Positions 50,104-59,021 of a stretch of 64,000 nucleotides of DNA are shown in pieces. The notes under the pieces were generated by a model. That model did not search any database. It was given only the letters and a program-made list of their open reading frames with translations, and was not told the origin of the DNA. The position numbers and the translations under genes are program-made. The stretch lies in NCBI GenBank assembly GCA_963701855.1, contig CAVPBK010000004.1, positions 317,604-381,603 of the forward strand, given 5' to 3'. Each line of letters begins with the position of its first letter. The stretch's first letter is position 1. The DNA is from Nitrospirota bacterium (GTDB lineage Bacteria > Nitrospirota > Nitrospiria > Nitrospirales > Nitrospiraceae).

Positions 50104-51990
50104 TTATGCCTCTTGCGACGACGACGGCGGCGGCGCCAGTGCCCTTGTGTTTCCTTCGGCCAGCTCTTCTCCAATCGCAGGCGACTGGTCACGCTGAGAC
50201 ATCCAGAATAGAGTGAGCACCGCGCCCCAGAACACCATCATATTGAGCGTCACCATCTTCGCAGCAAACGCAAAGTCCGGCGTAAAGGCCCAGGGAGAAA
50301 CATCTGCCATCAACTCACTCACATGCCATGCCAACCGCCCGGAAGAACGGATATAGCCCATGAGACCCATGACCCACGTAAATGCCGCAGCCAATCCAAA
50401 TAAACCCGCCATACCCCTGAGGGAAATCTTTCCCCACTGGACCGGCCCATGAAGGATTGCTCCCTTGAGCATCATACGGTTGATGACCACGCCGACCACA
50501 AGAACCGTCAACGTGGTTGCGGCCTGCGGCGACGACAGCCCAACGCGGAGCTTCGCCGGCAAATAGTACCCATACACTGAGAGCCAGATTATGTTGAGCG
50601 CCCCCAGGAAGAACACCGCGCCGATGAGGATGTTCCCTTTCGTAACCCAGGGCACAACCATCGTTCGATTGGCACGACGGTAATACAGAAAACTCATAGT
50701 GGTCACAAGAATCATGATGTTGACCGCGCCGTTCTTTGCTGACATCACTCCATAGTTGCCGACCACGGGATGCGACGCTCCGCCCATCGCCTTCACTTCA
50801 CTGGCCGACATAAAAACGGTGTGGGGCGTCAGCCACACGAACAGGGCCACCATAAACACCGAGAGCAGCACTTGATAATAGGGCTGATACCGTTCCCCGC
50901 CACGAAGACGCGCCATACTCTGCCAGAGGTAGAAGTTGACTCCAAGGAAAAGGACGCCGATCAAGATGGCCTGCACGACAAAGAGCCAGGTGAGTAAACC
51001 ACCCATCATTGTCACACCCATACTCTGGCTGAATGAGTAGACCGATCGCATCAACCAGTAACCGGCAAAGGGCATCGGCAACAATGCGATAACCGTGACA
51101 AATAAAAAGATATGCCCGACCCAGTCGAAATAGGCGCTTTCTTTTTCGGTCTTGCTGGTGAAAAAACGATAGCAAGCGTAGGCCATCACCACCGCACCAC
51201 CGGACATAATGTTTGCCAGGAAGCGATGGACATTTAACGGATTCCACAGAGCCGAATGGAGCAAATGCCATCCGTTTCCCAAAAACTGCCCTTTGGCATC
51301 GACACCTGCCGGCGCCATCATGAAAGCCGACCAGGAGTTTGCCAAAAGCAGCAGTGCCGTCCCAAATAGGTTGCTCAACAGGCCGATCGTTGCGTGAAGC
51401 CACTTCGAAGCCGGCTCAGCCAGTCGGATCCAGCTATAGTAATAAGTGATGAGCAGCAGCGATTCTCCGAGAAACACGAATGCATAGACCGGCATAAAGG
51501 TTTTGAACGTCCCGCCCATGTACCTCATGAAGCTGGGATAGAAATAGAGAAATATCCCCAGCATGATGCTCCCAACCACCGCTGTCACCGACAGGGCAAG
51601 GAGTGCGACTTTGGCCAGGTCACGCGCGAGGCCGTCATAGCGAAGTGCGAGTTCTGGCTTTTTGCTGCTGAGCCCAAGGAATTCCAGCAGCACACAAAAA
51701 ATCGGCAACGCAAGAACAAACCCTCCGAAGTAGGTATGAAGTTGTGTAACAAACCACACAACCAATCGACTATCGAAGGATCCGACGCGCGAGTAGACGG
51801 TCTCCTGGGGAGAAGGAGCTGGAGGCCCATCAGGAATCCCTGGTGTCTTGAAATACAGGTCGATGGCGTCATCGGCAAAAGATTGGCCCTGAAAACCCCA
51901 GCCAATCCCCAAGGCCGCTAGAACAGCCAACAGCAGAACAGAATACCCGACCGTTCTGAATGCCTTCTTTTTCATGACCATATGCTTCAT
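50104..51990 (-). CDS. Second cytochrome bd-like oxidase subunit I paralog
   Basis: TQLHTYFGGFVLALP, ANSWSAFMMAPAG, LNVHR and GLMGYIRSS; colinear with 44399..46312. Confidence 0.9.
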   Translation of the reverse strand: MKHMVMKKKAFRTVGYSVLLLAVLAALGIGWGFQGQSFADDAIDLYFKTPGIPDGPPAPSPQETVYSRVGSFDSRLVVWFVTQLHTYFGGFVLALPIFCVLLEFLGLSSKKPELALRYDGLARDLAKVALLALSVTAVVGSIMLGIFLYFYPSFMRYMGGTFKTFMPVYAFVFLGESLLLITYYYSWIRLAEPASKWLHATIGLLSNLFGTALLLLANSWSAFMMAPAGVDAKGQFLGNGWHLLHSALWNPLNVHRFLANIMSGGAVVMAYACYRFFTSKTEKESAYFDWVGHIFLFVTVIALLPMPFAGYWLMRSVYSFSQSMGVTMMGGLLTWLFVVQAILIGVLFLGVNFYLWQSMARLRGGERYQPYYQVLLSVFMVALFVWLTPHTVFMSASEVKAMGGASHPVVGNYGVMSAKNGAVNIMILVTTMSFLYYRRANRTMVVPWVTKGNILIGAVFFLGALNIIWLSVYGYYLPAKLRVGLSSPQAATTLTVLVVGVVINRMMLKGAILHGPVQWGKISLRGMAGLFGLAAAFTWVMGLMGYIRSSGRLAWHVSELMADVSPWAFTPDFAFAAKMVTLNMMVFWGAVLTLFWMSQRDQSPAIGEELAEGNTRALAPPPSSSQEA

Positions 51991-52277
51991 GGGCTACAGA
52001 AAAACTATGTTGTCACGAAGAGCTTCGATAATCCGCACATGTGGCACAGCAAGAGAGCGTTCCATCAGGATACTCAAAAAGTTCAGACTTCTCACCCGCC
52101 CAACCCCGTCGCGCCAAGACGCGCCGTTCCGCAGGCAAGGCCGCGGCGAACTGTCACTTTCATAAGGGGTGGCTGGGATGATCCCAACTGCGCGCGTCCA
52201 ACGAGGGCTTTCTGAAGCCGCGCGTTGCGCGAGCACGGGGATCGTCCCAGCTACCCCACCTCCTTTTTCAGCATCCG
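51991..52277 (+). repeat. MITE-like repeat
   Basis: Inner unit CAGGATACTCAAAAA (52066)...TTTTTCAGCATCCG; colinear with 10278-10488. Confidence 0.88.
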
Positions 52278-52279
52278 GA

Positions 52280-53335
52280 TTAGACTTTCGAGCCGGAACC
52301 AGCCTGTATCGAGACACCTGCTCCCGTTGACTTGCCAAGGATTCCCATGACAAAGGGACATCGGAGCAAGGCACTCGACATCGTCTGTCCTTGTTGTTCT
52401 TCTACTTGTCGGCGAAACCCGAGATAGTAGCAATACAGCGCCATCATGCCTGTCACGAATCCTCCGACGGCCATGGCATAGGCCGTGGAAATTCCTGGCT
52501 GTTTCAAGAGAAAAATCACACATCCCTCCGCTACAAGATAGTACGTCGCGGCGAAAGAGAGTCCAGGCCACCACCAATATTTGAGCAACTCGGCCGCCTT
52601 CGTCTGCAGCAACCCCTGGATCCATGACGTCTGAGGACGAAGCCCGCCAAAATAGGCACTGAGCGCGACCCCGCCCCCCAGCACCGCCACAACGGACAAC
52701 TGGACCAGGGCCGCGCCCTGATTCGCCTCGACAAAATACCCCAGCGATGCGCCCAGTGCTCCGACGACGAGACCGACTGCGACCCAGGGGCCGAGTGCCA
52801 TCGCATGACTGCCCACCATTGTACGGAGAGCCGCCCCATCTGGAAATGTTGGAAATGGCCGGCCCATGAGAGCCACTTTCCGCACGTGTCCGATTTCAAA
52901 GGCATCGCGCGCTACAGACGTACAGGCGATGATGATAGCCATCATGGCTGGCCCATCCGGATGTTTGAGATAGTCATACCCAACGAGCCAGAGTAGCGCC
53001 AAGACCAACAGAGACAACTGGACCCCGTACACAAACCCAATCCAGCCGCCGAGCCAGAGCAGTAGACGACTCCCGTCCTCGCTTGCAATCTTCTCCCAGG
53101 CAGTAGCCCGACCAACGCGATAGGCTAATAATGCCGTCACCAACGAGACAAGGCCGCTGACCGCCAGTAACACGATCGGTTCAGAAAGCGGCAACAGCAG
53201 CTTGGCCAACCGATAAACAGCGAAAGCCACCAACCCAGGCACAAACATGACGATCCGTTTTTTCTTGCGCACAGAGTGTTCTGTAACAGCCAGACTGAGG
53301 CTGGGTAACACTCGTAACGCCATTCGATGCAACAT
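52280..53335 (-). CDS. Polytopic membrane protein of unknown function
   Basis: About 8 TMs; HPDGPAMM and RDAFEIGH motifs. Confidence 0.8.
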   Translation of the reverse strand: MLHRMALRVLPSLSLAVTEHSVRKKKRIVMFVPGLVAFAVYRLAKLLLPLSEPIVLLAVSGLVSLVTALLAYRVGRATAWEKIASEDGSRLLLWLGGWIGFVYGVQLSLLVLALLWLVGYDYLKHPDGPAMMAIIIACTSVARDAFEIGHVRKVALMGRPFPTFPDGAALRTMVGSHAMALGPWVAVGLVVGALGASLGYFVEANQGAALVQLSVVAVLGGGVALSAYFGGLRPQTSWIQGLLQTKAAELLKYWWWPGLSFAATYYLVAEGCVIFLLKQPGISTAYAMAVGGFVTGMMALYCYYLGFRRQVEEQQGQTMSSALLRCPFVMGILGKSTGAGVSIQAGSGSKV

Positions 53336-53343
53336 AGTTCTTC

Positions 53344-53407
53344 CGTTAGGCGTGAAACGTGAGGCGTAAGGTGATTGAGCCTCCGTTGTTCTCGCCTCAC
53401 CCCTTAC
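53344..53407. repeat. Short intergenic heptamer repeats forming an imperfect hairpin
   Basis: CGTTAGG CGTGAAA CGTGAGG CGTAAGG...CCTCACC CCTTACG. Confidence 0.6.
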
Positions 53408-53898
53408 GTCTTCTGAACACCCATCCCGAAATAGCGTGCCTTCACTTCTTCCATCAGCGCGACGGTAATGCGGGTCCCGCCACGATCTGCCACGGTCCGT
53501 TCTAATTCGATACGTGCCATGGCACGTATCGGCGCCGGCACTCTCTCCAAGCGGCGTTCTGCCTCAGATGTCCACTCGATGCGTTCACCGGTCCTTGGAC
53601 GGAGCAATATGTCATAGGTGACGACCCGTTCTCCTCTCACCCGCATATCCTGTTCGACTTCACCTCGCACGAGCGGGGCAAGATACGGTGGCATGCGGTC
53701 CAGCCGATGGATTGCGTCGTCAGTCCACATCATCCGATCGACAAGCCCGGATGGTTGACCGGCGGGGACATCGACCCCTATTTTCAGCCCACAGCCGCGA
53801 CATTCCGTCCGGATGAACCACTGAGGTGTCCCGTCCCCATACGAACGTTCTTCAACCCCCTCGGTATGCATCCAGCGACCGCAGCCACAGGTCAACAT
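53404..53898 (-). CDS. Zn-ribbon plus tandem PCP_red-like (BchB C-terminal) domain protein
   Basis: CGCG...CRGC followed by WTDDAIHRLDRMP and WTSEAERRLERVP repeats. Confidence 0.8.
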   Translation of the reverse strand: MLTCGCGRWMHTEGVEERSYGDGTPQWFIRTECRGCGLKIGVDVPAGQPSGLVDRMMWTDDAIHRLDRMPPYLAPLVRGEVEQDMRVRGERVVTYDILLRPRTGERIEWTSEAERRLERVPAPIRAMARIELERTVADRGGTRITVALMEEVKARYFGMGVQKT

Positions 53899-53998
53899 GG
53901 GAAGTCCTCCGTGCTGAGTGCAGCGTGCGGCGCTGGAACTTTAGGGTTTCTCATTTCATAGCCTTCTACCAAATCTCAGCACTCAGCACTTCTTCAAC

Positions 53999-54715
53999 TC
54001 ACCCAATCTTCCCTGGATACAAGAGATAGAGCATCGTGTAGGTGGTAGTTCCGGTCACAAACAAAATGCAGTAGATGGCCATCGTGAAACGTCCAAGCGC
54101 TCGGTGGCGATGCCCGCCGTCTGGCCACAGACGCTGGATCGTCATTTCTACGGCGAACACAACCGCGATAATGGCGAGGAATCCAGCCCACACCACGAGC
54201 CGTCCCATCCGAAGACGATCTACCGCCATCAGATACAGCAAATACACCGCCACCGGCAGGCAGACGATACCGAAAATCATCCCGATCTTCCCCCACGTCG
54301 TCTGCAGAACGCGATCGCTCAAGATCCGTCGCCCTTGCTCGATCAACTGTGCTCGGAACCCCAGGACAATCATATAGACCGCCATGATTAACCCAACGAC
54401 CACAAGCACGATATGAACAATGAGGATCGGGATGAACACATTGTGGTAGAGCGCTTCAGATCCCCCGAACCCCTCTTTCCCCTCAAAGGCCAACACGCCT
54501 AATTGGCGAAAGAGATAGTAGCTGATGAAGAACGCCAACATGGCGATCATCCCACCAAACATCATCCAATGATGGGCATCTGCCCGATGTTTCCGTGCCT
54601 GAAACCAACCGATGACGAAGAGCCCCGTAAAGAGCGTCGCCATGAGCTGACTGATATCCGCCCCAACTGTGGCGTGAGTTCCAAAAAATCCCGGCTCTCT
54701 CAGCCATTCAAACAT
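53999..54715 (-). CDS. DUF420-family membrane protein
   Basis: AHHWMM, FGG..Y..ILIVHIVL and HRALGR. Confidence 0.8.
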   Translation of the reverse strand: MFEWLREPGFFGTHATVGADISQLMATLFTGLFVIGWFQARKHRADAHHWMMFGGMIAMLAFFISYYLFRQLGVLAFEGKEGFGGSEALYHNVFIPILIVHIVLVVVGLIMAVYMIVLGFRAQLIEQGRRILSDRVLQTTWGKIGMIFGIVCLPVAVYLLYLMAVDRLRMGRLVVWAGFLAIIAVVFAVEMTIQRLWPDGGHRHRALGRFTMAIYCILFVTGTTTYTMLYLLYPGKIG

Positions 54716-54772
54716 GGAACTCCTCGTCGTTCGTCTCTCGTTACTCTCACAATGCGCTTCACGAGAGACGCG

Positions 54773-55762
54773 TTATGCTTCACGAGCTTTTACACCCTGC
54801 ACGACCGCCGCCGGCTCCAGTTCTGTGACGGTGGGAAAGCCGGCTGCTCCCATCCACTGAATTGCATCTGCCGTCCTGTAGCAGTCGCCTCGCTCTGTGT
54901 TCACCAGAATATGGACCGCAAACGCGGTCGTCCAGGCCGGACCGGTTCCTGCCTCATTTAAGAATCGATCCTTGATAACTAACTTGCCGCCAGGCGCCAA
55001 ATGTGTCCAGACCCTCTTCACCAAAGCTGCGTTCGTTGAAAAATCTTGATAGTGCAGAATGTCCGACATCAGGACAACGTCGTAGGGTCCGCCCAGTCCA
55101 TCCTTATTAAAATCGCCTGGAAGCAACAAAATCCTCGATTCCAGGCCAGCTTCTTTAACCGTTCGTTCCGTGAATCGGAGCGTCGCGGGCAAATCGAACA
55201 CCGTGGCAGTCAGCTCCGGATAGGCCTGGCAGAACGCAATCGCGTTCGTCCCAGCTCCGCCTCCTAAATCCAGGAACCGTACCGGTCCACTCAGCTGCAT
55301 CCGCTTGGCAAAGTCTGGCCCGCTCTGCTGCCCAATCCGATGGAGTACCTCCAGCACGTTGCTGCCTAAATCGGGGTCGGTCTCAAAGACATGTCGGTCG
55401 ACCGACCGCTGCCCCGTGCGAATCGTCTGTTCCAATTTTCCCCAGTTATCCCATTCTGCATCGTGAAGCAGAAGGAGATGCCCGATATACTGGCCAGAGT
55501 TGCGGACCAGATGAGTGGCTGCGGCCGTCGAATTCCCATAGAAATCCCCGTCCTTTTCCAACAGTCGCATCGCGACAAGGGCATTCAACAGCAGTCCCAG
55601 TGTCGGCGCATGAACACCGAGACGGTCGGCCACTTCGGAGAGAGTTTTTCGCTTCCCGTCCAAGGAAGAAAACACATCCAGCCGGACGGCCGTGAGCAGG
55701 ATTTTGGTCTCCCAGTAATACCCAAGCTGGAAGATTTCTGCGAGCGAAAGTTCTCGTGACAC
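54773..55762 (-). CDS. SAM-dependent O-methyltransferase with dimerisation domain
   Basis: FLDLGGGAG, VFDLP, GDF and SDILH. Confidence 0.9.
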   Translation of the reverse strand: MSRELSLAEIFQLGYYWETKILLTAVRLDVFSSLDGKRKTLSEVADRLGVHAPTLGLLLNALVAMRLLEKDGDFYGNSTAAATHLVRNSGQYIGHLLLLHDAEWDNWGKLEQTIRTGQRSVDRHVFETDPDLGSNVLEVLHRIGQQSGPDFAKRMQLSGPVRFLDLGGGAGTNAIAFCQAYPELTATVFDLPATLRFTERTVKEAGLESRILLLPGDFNKDGLGGPYDVVLMSDILHYQDFSTNAALVKRVWTHLAPGGKLVIKDRFLNEAGTGPAWTTAFAVHILVNTERGDCYRTADAIQWMGAAGFPTVTELEPAAVVQGVKAREA

Positions 55763-55854
55763 ACCACGCCCCTCAAGAAAATCGCTTTGAAACTCGGCAT
55801 CTTACCTAGATCGGAAACTGAAAGGCAAGGCGGCAGAAGTAGTGTAACCGGCAG

Positions 55855-55897
55855 GAAAAACACAAGGGGCTCAGCGAGTTGCCCCGCTGAGCCCTTC
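55855..55897 (-). terminator. Intrinsic terminator
   Basis: GGGCTCAGCG/CGCTGAGCCC stem with a U-tract on the minus strand. Confidence 0.75.
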
Positions 55898-55930
55898 ATT
55901 GCGGGTTACCCCGCGCAGGAACACTCTCGC

Positions 55931-56725
55931 TTACTTGATTTCAGCCTTGAGATTGGCTGTTCCACCGTCTGTCACGTCGACCTCAAACTCCACTTTCTTA
56001 CCCTTGGCTGCGAAAGGATGCCAGGCCACGACCTTGTGCTTGCCGGCCGGCACATCCTTGATCTCGAAGCTGCCATCATCCTTCACGACCGCAAAGTGCG
56101 GGCTCGACACCGGGAGAAAGAAGCCCTGCATGAACTCATGCTGGTCGCACTGTAAACGATAGAACCCATCCTTCTCAGCTCCGCCACGGAACACCACCGG
56201 CTTGTCGAGCTTGTCACCCTTCTTAGCCAAACCAATGTTGAACCCAGTGGCCGAGCTGGTGCCTTTCACGACAAAACTATGCGGATTGTGGAGCACACCC
56301 TGCACCGACTTGGGATCATCCGGATCAGCGTCATGGTTCTCAACCTTGAAGGACTTGTTATTCACCACCACACCGGCAAACGGCATGAACTCGCAAAATT
56401 CTGCAACCACCTCGGTGCCCTGATACCCATCCATGAACGCCTTATCTTCGACGTCGATGACCGCAACCACTGCGTGCTTCAGACCACCATCCTTACCGAC
56501 TTCGATGGTCTTCAGGAACCGCTTATCCCCATCCATCAATTCTTTATGCGGGTTCTGGGGGCAAAACTTTGGGTTGGGGAACTTCGAAAACAAAAACTCT
56601 TTTTGCTCAGACTTTCCAGCAAAGGTCACCTTGCCGGCAATCGTTCCGCCTGCGAACGAGGTGAGAGGCGCCGCGACAAACGCGACGGCTGCCACACCAA
56701 ATATGACTGATAATGCGCTCTTCAT
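55931..56725 (-). CDS. Secreted cupredoxin-like / carboxypeptidase-regulatory-like domain protein
   Basis: Signal peptide; LHNPH...CDQHEFM; GSFEIKDVPAGKHKVVAWHP. Confidence 0.8.
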   Translation of the reverse strand: MKSALSVIFGVAAVAFVAAPLTSFAGGTIAGKVTFAGKSEQKEFLFSKFPNPKFCPQNPHKELMDGDKRFLKTIEVGKDGGLKHAVVAVIDVEDKAFMDGYQGTEVVAEFCEFMPFAGVVVNNKSFKVENHDADPDDPKSVQGVLHNPHSFVVKGTSSATGFNIGLAKKGDKLDKPVVFRGGAEKDGFYRLQCDQHEFMQGFFLPVSSPHFAVVKDDGSFEIKDVPAGKHKVVAWHPFAAKGKKVEFEVDVTDGGTANLKAEIK

Positions 56726-57035
56726 GGGACTGCCTCCTTGTGATTAACGATAGACCCTGATTCCTAGCTCGTTGTTCCCCTCCTTTATCCACCGGCCTGA
56801 GGAGAGAAAGGTGGGAACAGCTTCCTCTCTGGTGTGCTCGATCAACTCCATGCTGGCGAGGCTGGTCTTGGACCGAGTATATATATGAAATCCTACCGTA
56901 TCCTGTCAATCTCAAACAAGAGGGTGGGAAAGCCCGATCGGCGCTACTGCTTCGGTGGCAGCAGCCAAAATGATTTATGTGATGGTTCCAGTTCATTCGC
57001 CACAGGAGACCGGTCGATGTCGAGCGAGCTCTAAC

Positions 57036-57488
57036 CTAACCCTTGTTCGTCTTGGTCAACCCAAGCGATTTCATCGACTCCTGCGCAGCAGCACGAGCCT
57101 TGGTAGCAGGATTGAGCAACTGCCCTGGGTCGGCATGGATGCCGATATCCGACACACGGTTGCATTGCCGAATCACTTCATTGAGATGAGTCATGGCGTT
57201 GGCTTGATGGGGATCTGACAATGAGAGCTGTTTGATGAGTGTCTCGGCATACCGTTTCGCCTCTCCGCAGTGATGGACAATGGCCTTCGCATCTCCCATC
57301 CCGCCATGCGCCACCATCTCCTCGACATTCTTCATCAAACCGTTGCCCTGCTCTTGCAAACTAGCGCTCGATACCTCTGTTGCTCGTGCGGTGCTCTTAT
57401 CCGAGACAATAGGAAGCCACAAAGTAACTAGGCCTACCAGCATAAGGGCCGGTATGCTCCTGCCTCTCATCATCTGAACTAATCTCAA
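57036..57488 (-). CDS. Small metal-binding protein (SmbP-like)
   Basis: Signal peptide; helical AHGGMGDAKAIVHHC..AMTHLNE. Confidence 0.6.
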   Translation of the reverse strand: MRLVQMMRGRSIPALMLVGLVTLWLPIVSDKSTARATEVSSASLQEQGNGLMKNVEEMVAHGGMGDAKAIVHHCGEAKRYAETLIKQLSLSDPHQANAMTHLNEVIRQCNRVSDIGIHADPGQLLNPATKARAAAQESMKSLGLTKTNKG

Positions 57489-57618
57489 CTATCCTCCTCC
57501 ACCCTTATGACTCACAAAGAATTCAGTGCAATCGTCTAAGAATGCAGAGCCAGTCCCTGGCCTCCATGCGCCCACTTTGCTTGGGCATCTGGGCTGGTGT
57601 CACGAACTCTCGTGAATA

Positions 57619-58131
57619 TTACGGATTATATCGGCCCTTTGCTGGCAGTGGGATAGATGTCAGACCCTTGTAGAGACGGTGAAATTCTTCGGTCGTGAGG
57701 TTTTCGTTCTGTAATTGAGCCAGAGCGACCTGATCGATGGGGTACTCAACCGTGTCGTCATAGTTCGACGATGCGATCGTCACAAATCGTGGAGGAAAGA
57801 GCCGCTCCGGCAGGAGAATCCCCACGCCAAGGTTGTATTTCAGCGCCAACCGAATCGCTTCTCGCGCCTTGTCAGCCGGAACTTCTCGGCCAATCCCAAT
57901 GTTTTGCGGAGGCTGCCCCTGTCTAAAAAACTGAAAGTGAACGTTAGCCATCCCCGCTTGCGTAAACTCTTCTTTCAATGTGGCTACCTGGTTCTTGTAG
58001 TGGCTCGCCAGTACGACTTCAATACGGCTAACCGCCGGCGCCGATGCGACTTCAGCCGCGACCGTGTGAGCCCCCATCACACCAGCACACGCAGCAATCA
58101 CCACCGCATGAAGATATCGCGAACAGACCAT
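57619..58131 (-). CDS. Secreted hypothetical protein
   Basis: 170 aa with signal peptide; operonic. Confidence 0.75.
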   Translation of the reverse strand: MVCSRYLHAVVIAACAGVMGAHTVAAEVASAPAVSRIEVVLASHYKNQVATLKEEFTQAGMANVHFQFFRQGQPPQNIGIGREVPADKAREAIRLALKYNLGVGILLPERLFPPRFVTIASSNYDDTVEYPIDQVALAQLQNENLTTEEFHRLYKGLTSIPLPAKGRYNP

Positions 58132-58143
58132 GGTTAGCTCAAC

Positions 58144-58911
58144 TCAAAATCTGAATCCCACCGATGTGGTGCCGTTCGCAGCCACAGTCACGTCTTGCAC
58201 TTTCTCTCCCAGGATCGGATGCCAGGCCTTGATCCGATATGTGCCTGTCGGGAGATCCTTGATCTCAAAGGTTCCCTCCAGACCAGTGATCGCGTAATAC
58301 GGATTCTCGACGGCAAGCCCATGTCCTTGCATGAAAGGATGCATGCCGCATTGCATGGTGACGCTGCGGCGGTTTCCGGTGAAACGGATGATGTCGCTCG
58401 TCCCGGATTTGGTCAGCGCCGGCCTATGAAACATGATGAATACATGGTCATAGTCCCGTTCATAAATCTGCAAATCGTGCGAGACCTCATCCTGATTCGT
58501 CACCGTCAGAGGATGGAGCTCTCGCATGACCGACACAAATGGAACGAACTGACAGATGTTCGCCTCCAATTTCGTTTCCGTCAATCCAAACGGTTTACCT
58601 TTCTCAACGCCTTCGATCGTCACGATCACATCTTTCAACCCCTGCTGTGCTCCAACGGCTACTTCCCGAAGCAGCCGGTACCCAGATCCATCGGATAATG
58701 CCCCGCAATAGACCCGGTCGGGATATCGGCGAAGCTCGAAGGGTATGGGCGGCGGAGCTTCACCGAAAAACTGCACGGTCCCAGTTACTGTGCCACCGTT
58801 CGCTACCGTCGCTTCTTCGTATGCCCAGGCTGCGATCGGAGATATCACAACAATGCTTAGAACGATCGAGTGACAGATAGAGGCCACAACGCGCCACCGA
58901 TGTACAGTCAT
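58144..58911 (-). CDS. Secreted cupredoxin-like / carboxypeptidase-regulatory-like protein (paralog of 55931..56725)
   Basis: SHD...CGMHPFM; GTFEIKDLPTGTYRIKAWHP. Confidence 0.8.
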   Translation of the reverse strand: MTVHRWRVVASICHSIVLSIVVISPIAAWAYEEATVANGGTVTGTVQFFGEAPPPIPFELRRYPDRVYCGALSDGSGYRLLREVAVGAQQGLKDVIVTIEGVEKGKPFGLTETKLEANICQFVPFVSVMRELHPLTVTNQDEVSHDLQIYERDYDHVFIMFHRPALTKSGTSDIIRFTGNRRSVTMQCGMHPFMQGHGLAVENPYYAITGLEGTFEIKDLPTGTYRIKAWHPILGEKVQDVTVAANGTTSVGFRF

Positions 58912-58926
58912 GTTCACCACCATTAG

Positions 58927-58965
58927 AAATAAAATAGCGGGGGGGGAGTATGCATACTCCCCCCC
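58927..58965 (-). terminator. Intrinsic terminator / attenuator after the multicopper oxidase
   Basis: GGGGGGGAGTA-TGCA-TACTCCCCCCC palindrome with a U-rich tail on the minus strand. Confidence 0.75.
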
Positions 58966-59021
58966 ATCGTCAGAACGACCTTACCCGGCCTCGCACTCGT
59001 TCCGGAAGGATCTTCGTTTCT

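Noticed and set aside
8844..52277. Recurring repeats as a CRISPR array
   Set aside because: Dispersed, 100-290 bp long, no repeat-spacer periodicity and no cas genes.
53404..53898. Chlorophyll biosynthesis gene (bchB/chlB)
   Set aside because: Only the small C-terminal PCP_red-like domain is present; no nitrogenase-like catalytic domain or other bch genes.
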